DNA of 64,000 nt from a virus: positions 6,454 through 70,453 of the IMG/VR virus record IMGVR_UViG_2872278132_000003. One strand, given 5' to 3'. Position numbers and translations under genes: made by a program. The notes under the pieces were generated by a model. That model did no database searches, was not told the DNA's origin, and saw only the letters and a list, made by a program, of their open reading frames with translations. Shown in pieces: positions 1 to 8,251 of this stretch (position 1 is the stretch's first letter; each line of letters starts with the position of its first letter).

Positions 1-1305
1 CAGCTGCGCCAGCTTCTGCCCCATGCGCCAGTACGTCGAAAGCCAGTGGTCATCGCTCGGCGGCGGATTCGTGTTCTGATAGCCGAGGGCCATCGCGCCG
101 TCGATCGCCTCGCACGTAAGCTTGCGTTCGAGCTGGATTTGCGCGGACGTCATGCTTTTGCGAATGGAGGCTTCTGTTGTGCCAGTCGCGGACGAGTTGG
201 CCGGAAAGAAGCGCTGCGCAACATCGACAACTGCATCCCACACGTCGACCATGTTCAGATCGCACCAATCCGGGAGGTCCAACTTGATTGCAAGGGCCTC
301 GTGCGGTTCCTCACCCTTGAGTTCCAGCGGAATCGTGATGAACCCGGGACGGCAGCCTTCCGCCCCCGCCGCATCGGGCGACGGAGCGCGGGCTTGCCCC
401 GATCCATCGCATACGCCGCACGTCACATCCCATGCATCCTCGGGATCGCGGAATACCACGGTGCCCTTTCCTTGGCGTTGCGGGCATACATCATGTGACC
501 GATCATGCTCGATCGCCTTGTCGGCGGGGACCGTGCGCCAGTCCGGCCATGTGCGCCCCTCGTTCTTGGTTTGCTTCACGACGAGCGCATCCACAATCTG
601 CTGCGGCGAGCCACCTGCGCGCCACGCACCATCCAGCGCGAGAATCACGACATCGATCCACTCGGTTAGATCGCCGGGGTTCGCCTCGATCTCTTTCAGC
701 TCCTTGCGGATGTGGTCGCAGACGCCAGCAGTACGCGCGCCCGGCCCGAAGGTGCGTTCGGAGAACTCACGTTGCCGTTGCAGGTGCGCGAGGATGTCGA
801 ACGCCGCCCGCTCGTCCGCCGGCGAGGGTGCGGGATTGGCTTTAGGTTTCGCCCTCAGGGCTTGTCGATGCCTTTGATGCTCGACAAAGAATCGAATCGC
901 CTCATCGTCGTACCAATGCGCAGGCGTCGCCGATTCAAAGGCATTCATGATTTGTTCGGCGGCCATATCAAACGCGGCCGCGTACCAGCTTTCCCATGTT
1001 TCATCTTCTTCCGGCGGCATCTGGCCGAAATTCGCGAGGATGTCATACACCTCGACGCGAACACGGTCGATTCGGTCGATCGGCGCTACTGCGGGCGCGC
1101 CCGCACGGCGATAAAGCGGCTCGGCCATGGTGATGTCGTAACCGTATGCAGGACGCGTGAAAGAGAGTTCCGGCTTTTCATAGCCGGCAAACTCACCGTC
1201 AACCGTCTTGACCGGATAGTTGATCCATGCCGCTACGGGCTCGTCGATCGGCGCTGCTTCGGGCTGCTCAACAGGGGGCTTCGAGTTTTCTTTCTCTTGG
1301 CTCAT
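1..1305 (-). CDS. Mosaic early phage protein with a central DUF550-like (dATP/dGTP pyrophosphohydrolase) domain; 3' end outside the window
   Basis: Absent from the ORF track (no stop before the edge). Manual translation from ATG 1305 (MSQEKENSKP...) stays open to base 1 and contains HLQRQREFSERTFGPGARTAGVCDHIRKELKEIEANPGDLTEWIDVVILALDGAWRAG...KQTKNEGRTWPDWR, typical of DUF550. Confidence 0.8.
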   Translation of the reverse strand, partial: MSQEKENSKPPVEQPEAAPIDEPVAAWINYPVKTVDGEFAGYEKPELSFTRPAYGYDITMAEPLYRRAGAPAVAPIDRIDRVRVEVYDILANFGQMPPEEDETWESWYAAAFDMAAEQIMNAFESATPAHWYDDEAIRFFVEHQRHRQALRAKPKANPAPSPADERAAFDILAHLQRQREFSERTFGPGARTAGVCDHIRKELKEIEANPGDLTEWIDVVILALDGAWRAGGSPQQIVDALVVKQTKNEGRTWPDWRTVPADKAIEHDRSHDVCPQRQGKGTVVFRDPEDAWDVTCGVCDGSGQARAPSPDAAGAEGCRPGFITIPLELKGEEPHEALAIKLDLPDWCDLNMVDVWDAVVDVAQRFFPANSSATGTTEASIRKSMTSAQIQLERKLTCEAIDGAMALGYQNTNPPPSDDHWLSTYWRMGQKLAQL

Positions 1306-1307
1306 GA

Positions 1308-1922
1308 TCACTCCCACGATTCGATGATGAATTTCCCGAAGACGCCGCGGAAGGTGCCGAGGCCGATCGCCAGGCCGCCTTCCTCGATCAAGTTGCGGAT
1401 CTCCTGCTCCTTGATCTCCTTGTTCGGGTAGATGTCCAACGTGAATTCGAGCGCCCACGGCAGCGGCAGGACAGGGCGTTCCTTCGGGTTCGGGATGCCC
1501 TTGTCGAGGCGCGCGACGGACCGGTGCAGGTAGATTCCGCTCGCCGGGTCGTATTCCTCGCCGAAGGCGCCAACGCGGATGGGTTCACCGTCACGCAGGA
1601 TCGGCAGGTAACCTGGCGTCGTCGCCGGACCCGTGATGCTCGTGAAGCTCAGGCACGCGTTCGCGATGTCCTTGTAGGCCCGCTTGTCCCGCAGTCGCTT
1701 CGGCGCACTGTTCGTGTTGTGCGCGGTGAGAAACGACACAATATTGGTGGCTGGCAGACACAAAATGTCCGATCCAGGTATCAGGTAGATTTTTTGATGC
1801 CATTCCAGCTTTGTCTTGTTGTCGCCTGCGTACCGATCGAACATCAGTTCGCGCAGACCCTTCAGAACGACGCGCCGAGTCACTTTCTCCAGCCGCGTGT
1901 CCGATTTGTTCAATGTGCTCAT
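1308..1922 (-). CDS. Solo Cas7/RAMP-like protein (Vipr-like), 204 aa
   Basis: RAMP-like motif order: N-terminal strand VVLKGLRELMFD, LPATNIVSFL (cf. IPxSSxKG), RPVLPLPWALEFTL, C-terminal glycine-rich loop GGLAIGLGTFRGVFGKF. SD-like GAGGA just upstream; adjacent periodic array. Confidence 0.7.
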   Translation of the reverse strand: MSTLNKSDTRLEKVTRRVVLKGLRELMFDRYAGDNKTKLEWHQKIYLIPGSDILCLPATNIVSFLTAHNTNSAPKRLRDKRAYKDIANACLSFTSITGPATTPGYLPILRDGEPIRVGAFGEEYDPASGIYLHRSVARLDKGIPNPKERPVLPLPWALEFTLDIYPNKEIKEQEIRNLIEEGGLAIGLGTFRGVFGKFIIESWE

Positions 1923-1941
1923 CTTTATTCCTCATGGGTAA

Positions 1942-2028
1942 AGCCCTCGCCTTGCCTATCCTCGCCAGGCCCGTCCCAGCCTCTCCAGGCCCGTCCCGGC
2001 CGCGCCTATCCTTGCCGTGCGCTGCGAA
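1942..2028 (-). ncRNA. Period-5 GG(C/A)-NN array; candidate guide RNA for the adjacent RAMP protein
   Basis: Plus-strand CC occurs every 5 nt from 1945 to 2016 (15 units), then CG at 2020 and 2025. Minus strand: CGC ag CGC ac GGC aa GGA ta GGC gc GGC cg GGA cg GGC ct GGA ga GGC tg GGA cg GGC ct GGC ga GGA ta GGC aa GGC ga GGG ct. The repeat is directly visible; RNA function is inferred. Confidence 0.7.
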
Positions 2029-2043
2029 TCAATCGGTGGTCTT

Positions 2044-2410
2044 CATGGTGGTGGTCCTCAAGCGCGCGTTGCGTACAGTGCATACGGGCCGTCTTCCGAA
2101 TCGCCAATGTCGATCAGCCACCAACCGGGCGGCGGCGACGGGTCCCATGCAGAAATGTCACCGCTGCCGTTCTCGAAATACGAGACGTATGCGGGATGAG
2201 TGCTTTCCTGGTTTTCGAGGCGAACGACTTGGGTCTTGATCCCGGCCCGCTCGCACAGTTCTTCCAGCTCGACGGGGGAGCAATGCTCGGCACCTTTCAT
2301 CGTCACATCCCAGAAGTGACGAAGATCGGGATGCAGGAAATGTCCGCACTCGTCGCGCACGACGGGGATTTTCTGGAGAATCGGTTGGGTGGTCATGGTG
2401 GTGGTCCTCA
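2044..2410. repeat. 17-bp direct repeat (minus strand TGAGGACCACCACCATG = stop + SD + start) at 2044-2060 and 2394-2410
   Basis: Exact copies of catggtggtggtcctca flank the 2058-2396 gene. Confidence 0.9.
2058..2396 (-). CDS. Hypothetical phage protein (112 aa)
   Basis: ATG 2396 with GAGGA SD; MTTQPILQKIPVVRDECGHFLHP...PPPGWWLIDIGDSEDGP. Confidence 0.75.
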   Translation of the reverse strand: MTTQPILQKIPVVRDECGHFLHPDLRHFWDVTMKGAEHCSPVELEELCERAGIKTQVVRLENQESTHPAYVSYFENGSGDISAWDPSPPPGWWLIDIGDSEDGPYALYATRA

Positions 2411-2481
2411 GTTCAGGATGTCTCGCGCGGCGAGGATGAATTGCGTCGCCGCTTCGGCGTTGATGGCGCATCCTCTGTTAA

Positions 2482-2515
2482 TTGACTTCCTCCCCGGTCT
2501 AAAACCCGAGGATTC
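2482..2515 (-). mobile_element. IS200/IS605-family right end (hairpin + TCAA); 3' part of the TnpB omega/reRNA scaffold
   Basis: Minus strand GGAATCCTCGGGTTTTAGACCGGGGAGGAAGTCAA overlaps the tnpB stop: subterminal hairpin then TCAA ending at 2482. Confidence 0.75.
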
Positions 2516-3593
2516 CTTCTGCAAGACGGCCAAGTCCGGCCGCGAGAATATTCCGTGCAGCATTCACGTCTCGGTCATGAACCGTTCCGCAATCGCTGCA
2601 AGTCCATTCTCTTATTCCAAGGCCTGCGATACCTTTCGGCCGCGAGTCGGGCAACGCGCCACAACTCGAACAGGTCTGGGTTGAAAACGCTTCGTTGACC
2701 TCTTCGAACACCACACATTGCGTAATCGCTTTGTACTTGAGTTGTGTTCTGAACGTCGTCCACGCGGCGTCATATACGGACTTGGCCATCCGGGTCTGAC
2801 CTAGCGCTTTCGCGTTCACGTTGCCTACGAAGATTGCTGCATGCTTCATCACCAGCGCCGACGTTTCCTTGTGGATGGCGTCTTTGCGTTGATTCGCGAT
2901 CTTGGCGTGGATAGCCTTCACGCGGCGCTTCTTGTGTGCGCGCTGGGCGATGCCGAGCGCGGCTTCCGACTCACGGTAGAACTTCGGCATTTCGAATGCC
3001 GTTCCGTCGCTGTACGTCGCCATCGTCTTGAGTCCAAGGTCGATTCCGATCGAAATAGCGCCATCCGGCACGCGCTTTTCCTCCACCTGAACTTTCACGG
3101 CAATATTGACGTACCAGCGACCGCGTGAATCCTCATTGAAACTACCTGCACGGATTTCGTATTTCCATAATCCATATGAATCCCATAACCCAATGGAGAT
3201 TCCGTTGAATCTTAGTTGGCCGTCTTTGTATTTGACTGCACCCCTCTTAAATGGCACCCATCCTAGCGAATACTTCGGCGACTTTCGGTCGCTCACTCGC
3301 CAGTTGAGGCGTTGTCGCTTGCATTGCCTCAGGCGCGCAGCGAACTCCTCGCACGTCTGGGCAACAGCCGACCACTCAACCGAGATCCCATCGCATTTGG
3401 TAAGCCCAGAAGTCAGTTTCTGAAGGTCATACCCACTCAACCAAACCTTCGGTCGGTTGCAGTAGCGCTTTAGGCTGCGGTACTGCGTTTCATTGCAGTA
3501 GTTCCACACCATATTCACGTCGCGAGCCATCGCTAGCATCGCCGCGGCGTGCTTGTCTTTGATGCGAAGCTTGAGCGTCTTGGTGATTTCCAT
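2499..3593 (-). CDS. tnpB: RNA-guided endonuclease TnpB (IS200/IS605 family); no tnpA nearby
   Basis: KTLKLRIK N-terminus, RuvC-I IGIDLGLK, Zn finger CSSCG...WTCSDCG, RuvC-III HDRDVNAARNI. Confidence 0.95.
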   Translation of the reverse strand: MEITKTLKLRIKDKHAAAMLAMARDVNMVWNYCNETQYRSLKRYCNRPKVWLSGYDLQKLTSGLTKCDGISVEWSAVAQTCEEFAARLRQCKRQRLNWRVSDRKSPKYSLGWVPFKRGAVKYKDGQLRFNGISIGLWDSYGLWKYEIRAGSFNEDSRGRWYVNIAVKVQVEEKRVPDGAISIGIDLGLKTMATYSDGTAFEMPKFYRESEAALGIAQRAHKKRRVKAIHAKIANQRKDAIHKETSALVMKHAAIFVGNVNAKALGQTRMAKSVYDAAWTTFRTQLKYKAITQCVVFEEVNEAFSTQTCSSCGALPDSRPKGIAGLGIREWTCSDCGTVHDRDVNAARNILAAGLGRLAEGILGF

Positions 3594-3676
3594 AATAAGG
3601 CGCACCACTCCACCCGGCGGAGAAGCGCCGTCCGTTTGTCGGCCTATTCCTGTGTGGGTGGGTGGTGCGTGGGCGG

Positions 3677-5317
3677 TCAGGCTGCTTGTTTATGCAATGC
3701 AGCATGGATGTGGTTCGTCAAGGCCGCGCAGATCGCTTCGAAGTCCGACTCGTGGTAGAGCTTCGCGTTCTTGTCCGTCGCAGCGTGCTTGAAGCCGAGC
3801 GTTGCCAATCCTTCGGCAGTCAGCGCAATCGGTGCCAAGCGCTCATTGATCTGCCCCAATCGGAGCGTGGGCGCGCTGGCCGGTGCGGGACGTGAGGCAA
3901 CCAGACGGCTTGCGGCAATCGGCGGCGGGTCAATCGGTCGCGGTGTCACCGTTTCGATGATCGGCTGCGCTGCCGCTTGGGCGATAGCTTCGTCGGCCTT
4001 GCGTTTCGCTTCCTTCTGATCCTCTTGCTGCTTGTGCTCTGTAATCCGCGCCGTCACCGCGAGTTCGAAATCCTCGGCCGGCTTCTGAATCAGTGCTTGC
4101 AGGTCGCGGAACAGGAAAGCGTATTCCTCGTGCGACTTGTACCAATCCAGCTTCGCGCGCAGATCCTTCGCGGCTGCGTCGGCGGCGATCTTCCCGTTCG
4201 CCAGCGCTGTGTCGAGCTTGTCGTAGAGGCTGGCGATAGTCTTCAGCCCCTTGATCGCGCCAACGAAGTCCGGTGCCGGAACCATGATCTGCACCGTCTT
4301 CAGTTCCGCATTGATGGCGGCGACGTGCTCGGCCCACTTGTTGCGGCGCTCAGTGACGGCGTTTTCCTTGATTTGCGCCTTTCGCACGTCGATCTGCTTG
4401 GTGAGCGCAAGACGTTTGGCGCGAAGCTGATCCTTGACAAGGTTGCCGGTGCGCATCAACTCGTCGACGCTGGCCATCTGTGCAATCGCTGCATCCATCG
4501 CGATGGCGATTTCCTTCTCCTTCGCATCGCAGAATTTGATGGTCGCGTCGCCGTTCACGAAGTCCTCATCGGTTTCGAGGTCCATCTTGATACCGGCGAT
4601 GAACTTCTCGGCAGCAGCCTGAAACGCTGGCAGGTTACTGGTGATGACTTCACCGCGGATCTGAACCGCGAGCGCCGGCAGGGCCATGATTGCTTCGGCT
4701 TTGGGCTTCTCGACCACTTCCGCGGCGCGATATTCAGCAAGGTCGCGCTCGAACTGAATCCAGCCATCGACAACCTGCTGCTGCAATTCGAGGTCCGGTT
4801 CGTACCAGAAGTGTTTTTCCTCGATCAGGTTGCCTTCGTCATCCCATAGTGACGCCTGAAACAGGGTCTTCGACGCACCAGACACCTTGAACTGCTGTTC
4901 CATCTGCGCGCGCAGGTAGATCGGCAGTTCGGCGGCAGTTTGGGCGGCGCGGATCGCATCATTCAGCGACTTGTGCTCCCACTGGATATCCTCGGCCATC
5001 GTCAGACCGTCCAGCGACGCGGCGAGCTTGCCGAGCGTTACCGAAACCGGGTACAGGTCGGCGCCGATGATTTCCTCTGCCAGCGGGCGCGCCAGTGCCT
5101 CGAAGCGATGACCGTCATCGAAGAGGGTTTGCGTGTAGCCGTCAACCTCCCGCACAATGCCGGTCGCCTTCTCGCGGAGCAATTCCGACCGAGTTTTGTA
5201 CGGCGAAACTCCCATCATGGCCGGGGCGTCGCTGGCGTTCCAGAAGTTGGCGCGGTGGGCGAGCCATTCGGCACTGCCCTGCGTCAGGGAGTGGATCGCA
5301 CGTTCACTCGTCATCAT
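3677..5317 (-). CDS. YqaJ / lambda-exonuclease-like recombination nuclease with coiled-coil C-terminus
   Basis: QGSAEWLAHR, ASDAPAMMGVSPYKT, GHRFEALAR, ASLDG, WEHK, QMEQQ motifs. Confidence 0.9.
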   Translation of the reverse strand: MMTSERAIHSLTQGSAEWLAHRANFWNASDAPAMMGVSPYKTRSELLREKATGIVREVDGYTQTLFDDGHRFEALARPLAEEIIGADLYPVSVTLGKLAASLDGLTMAEDIQWEHKSLNDAIRAAQTAAELPIYLRAQMEQQFKVSGASKTLFQASLWDDEGNLIEEKHFWYEPDLELQQQVVDGWIQFERDLAEYRAAEVVEKPKAEAIMALPALAVQIRGEVITSNLPAFQAAAEKFIAGIKMDLETDEDFVNGDATIKFCDAKEKEIAIAMDAAIAQMASVDELMRTGNLVKDQLRAKRLALTKQIDVRKAQIKENAVTERRNKWAEHVAAINAELKTVQIMVPAPDFVGAIKGLKTIASLYDKLDTALANGKIAADAAAKDLRAKLDWYKSHEEYAFLFRDLQALIQKPAEDFELAVTARITEHKQQEDQKEAKRKADEAIAQAAAQPIIETVTPRPIDPPPIAASRLVASRPAPASAPTLRLGQINERLAPIALTAEGLATLGFKHAATDKNAKLYHESDFEAICAALTNHIHAALHKQAA

Positions 5318-6362
5318 GGCTCCAGGCGTCGATCGTCAGCTTTTGGTCTTCGCTGAGTTTGGTTTTGGTTTCGATCATCGCAATCAGGTCATTGACCGAC
5401 TTCTTGCGCTCGATGATCAGCTTTCGCCACTCGGGCGTCTTTTCCTTGAAGTGCTCGTCGGAACAAACCGGGATCATCTTTGCGGCCGGCTTGGCGCTTT
5501 CCTTCGGCGGCTCGCCATCGCCTTGCTCTGCCTTGTTCTCCATGACCGACTTCCACGTTGCCTCGCCATCCTTGATCGCGCCGTAAATCCCGCGCAGATC
5601 CACAAGCTCAGTAGGCGAACAGGTGTCCAGCGTGTGACCGAGATAGGCCGTCAGGTCCGCTGCCTTCACGCCGATCTCGGAGAACGCATCAGCAATACGC
5701 TTGCGCTCGGCGCCCGGATCGCGTGCCGCTTCGTCCATGCGCACGGCCTTGATGATTTCTTCGGCTTCGTCTTGAAGATCGCCGGGGATGATGCGCAGGC
5801 CCAGCGTCCGGATTGCCTTCGAGATCAACGCGGCCCGCTTGTTCAGCAAGTCATCATCGTTGGCTGGCACGGTGTAGACGAGCTTGTCGTAACTGTTCTT
5901 GCGCACCGAGATATACGATCCATCATCGGCCGGCTTCGAGCGCTCGACCGTCTTCGACACACGGACGTCAAGCGGATAGGTCAGATTCGATTCGAGATCC
6001 GTCACGCTCACGCAGTGGATTTCCTTCGCCTCGTCCTCGAACGTCATCGTCGTTTCGACTAGAACGTTCTTCATGCAGCGCAACGCGACTTCGACGAAGC
6101 GAATCCCGAGACCTTCCACGCCCTTGCCAATCGGCTTGCGGTAGTAGGCGCTCTTGTTGTGCGCGAAGTTCGGGCGCTTGCATTCGGCCATCAGATCCTG
6201 GCGGACCTGATCCCAGTTACGCGGTTGCCGCATCGCCATGATGTAGCGGGCCTCGACCATTGCCTTGGATTTCGCAGCGATGGCGGTTGCAGCGGTTTCG
6301 ACTAGCGCGTTCGATTGTTCGGTTGCGCCGAACTCCTGGCGCGTCGTCAAAGCTGTATTCAC
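5304..6362 (-). CDS. Phage protein, probable single-strand annealing recombinase partner of YqaJ
   Basis: 352-aa ORF overlapping the exonuclease start; function inferred from position only. Confidence 0.5.
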   Translation of the reverse strand: MNTALTTRQEFGATEQSNALVETAATAIAAKSKAMVEARYIMAMRQPRNWDQVRQDLMAECKRPNFAHNKSAYYRKPIGKGVEGLGIRFVEVALRCMKNVLVETTMTFEDEAKEIHCVSVTDLESNLTYPLDVRVSKTVERSKPADDGSYISVRKNSYDKLVYTVPANDDDLLNKRAALISKAIRTLGLRIIPGDLQDEAEEIIKAVRMDEAARDPGAERKRIADAFSEIGVKAADLTAYLGHTLDTCSPTELVDLRGIYGAIKDGEATWKSVMENKAEQGDGEPPKESAKPAAKMIPVCSDEHFKEKTPEWRKLIIERKKSVNDLIAMIETKTKLSEDQKLTIDAWSHDDE

Positions 6363-6553
6363 TTTCCTCTCCTATTCCAAATTGCGCCGATGCCACTCGG
6401 CGACCAGCGCATCCAGTTCCGCTCCAACCGCCTCCCTCGCATGCTTCTCATCGCGCCACTGGTTGCCGTCGGCCAGTTCGTAGCGGCGCTGTGCGTTGAG
6501 TCGAACGCTGATCCGGGCCAACAGTTCGGATCGAGTCATGTGTGAGATGGTGC

Positions 6554-6880
6554 TCATGTCGACTCCAGATCGCGAATCTCGTCGCGCAGACGATTCATCT
6601 CTTTCTCTGCGTCGTCTGCGCGCTCGCATTCCTTGTTGCCCCAATCGCGCAGCGCATCATTTGCCGCCCGCAATTTCTCAAGCGGTGATGACCTTCCTTC
6701 GAAAACTTGGCGAAGATTGGCGGCCTGAGCCCCGAGATCTTCCGTTTGCGATGAAAGTGCGGTCGAATCGATTTGGTCGGCCACCTCATCCAAGCGATCC
6801 GCCACCCCTTCGAGGGTAGAAATGATTGCGTCGATATCGGGGCAGGTATAGCCGACCGGTGCGTTATCGCGGTATTTCAT
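6554..6880 (-). CDS. Hypothetical coiled-coil phage protein
   Basis: MKYRDNAPVGYTCPDID...LEKLRAANDALRDWG; GAGGA SD. Confidence 0.65.
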   Translation of the reverse strand: MKYRDNAPVGYTCPDIDAIISTLEGVADRLDEVADQIDSTALSSQTEDLGAQAANLRQVFEGRSSPLEKLRAANDALRDWGNKECERADDAEKEMNRLRDEIRDLEST

Positions 6881-7229
6881 GTCCAATTCCTCGACGTCAT
6901 CATCTGCATGCGCAACTTCGTCGTGTTGGCGCGGTCGATCTGGTTGGCGGCATACAAGCAGCCGAACACGATTCCAGTCGTGATGGCGGCGGCCAAAATC
7001 CGATGGCGAGCCGCCCAGCGATCTAGCTTGTTCATGATTTCTCCCGTGGCCTGTCACCTGTAAAGCGCGTCGTCGCGACGCATGCGGGCCCAACGCGTAT
7101 CTTCTTGTCCCTTGAAGTAGGCAAGACGCGCCCATTCCGGCCAGTCTTTGTATGGCCATGGACCCATGTAGAGAGGGCTCATCGAACGCTGACCAAGCGA
7201 ATAGAACCAGCGCTTTCCCGAGAGCGGTT

Positions 7230-7421
7230 TCATGCTGCCCCCACCTTAATTGCCACAATCAGCCACCAAATACCGCCGACCACAGCCCCGCACCCAACCG
7301 CCCAAACCCAAGCCATCGCATCGCGTTTGCGCGGAATCGTGAGCTTCGAATACGGCCCGAACTTCGATGTTTGCAACGAGCGCGGAGCCATGGCATAGCA
7401 TCTTGAGTCCCTGTTGAACAT
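7230..7421 (-). CDS. Small membrane protein
   Basis: C-terminal hydrophobic helix; GGAGA SD. Confidence 0.55.
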   Translation of the reverse strand: MFNRDSRCYAMAPRSLQTSKFGPYSKLTIPRKRDAMAWVWAVGCGAVVGGIWWLIVAIKVGAA

Positions 7422-7913
7422 CTCGTTCTCCTAGTTCCCAGCGAAATACAGTTCGACATATCGAATCGCCTGGTACGCGCAGAACGATCCGGCAATCAGG
7501 TTTGCAGCGATCAACACGTTGAGGCGAATCCAGAAACCGTTCATGGCATTCTCCTGTAGTAGTGCTTAATTACTCTCAGTGGTAGCGACTGTCTCGTCCG
7601 CTCACTGCGCTCATGACCGAGACGCCATGTCATCTATTGCGGCAGTCGCCACCACTTAGAGCCCCCGTCTTTCCGGGGTGTCCGACGCATCACGCACTTC
7701 CGTACTGGCGACAAGGCACAGCTTTGGCCGAACCGTCGGAGGCCACGCCAAGCATTTTTCGGAAGCCGGGGAGATGTCGCGATGCAAGGCGCGCCCATTG
7801 CTGGGAAGACCGTAGCGCTGCGTCTGCGGATGTTTTTCGCCACCTTCCGCTGGGCATCGTGTTCGTGCGGCGTCTCATCGCCGCGGATTATTGAGCCTTC
7901 GTGGCTTCGGAAA

Positions 7914-8174
7914 TTAATCCTCTTTGCCCTTGATGATCTCTTCGATCTCTTCAGCGCTCGGCGCGGTCCAGTTCGTGATCTGGCCGGTATCGATATCAAT
8001 ATTGAGCATCAGATAATCGCCGTAGTGCTGACCCGGCATGAAGTCCGGCACATAACAGTCTTCGAACTCGTGGATTGTCTTGCCATCCTGATCCGCAAGC
8101 GTTGCGCAGAACCGATCCGTGACCTTGACACATACCTTGAGTGTCTTTGCCTGAACCGGAATCTTCTTCATCAT
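7914..8174 (-). CDS. Hypothetical phage protein
   Basis: KVTDRF...YVPDFMPGQHYGDYLMLNIDIDTGQITNW; GGAAA-type SD, within the early operon. Confidence 0.7.
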   Translation of the reverse strand: MMKKIPVQAKTLKVCVKVTDRFCATLADQDGKTIHEFEDCYVPDFMPGQHYGDYLMLNIDIDTGQITNWTAPSAEEIEEIIKGKED

Positions 8175-8251
8175 ATTGATTTCCATCTCACCCTCGCTTA
8201 CCCGTAATAACGGCTATTCGTAAAATCATGTGGAATGTCACCCGCAGGGCG

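Noticed and set aside
1942..2028. Array as coding sequence or simple microsatellite
   Set aside because: Period 5 with free NN positions; the overlapping plus-strand ORFs (1524-2684, 1811-2239) are antisense shadows of real minus-strand genes.
2499..3593. TnpB as a nuclease-dead TldR or as Cas12
   Set aside because: Both Asp residues are intact and an alternative Glu is present; there is no CRISPR array. A dead enzyme is not fully excluded.
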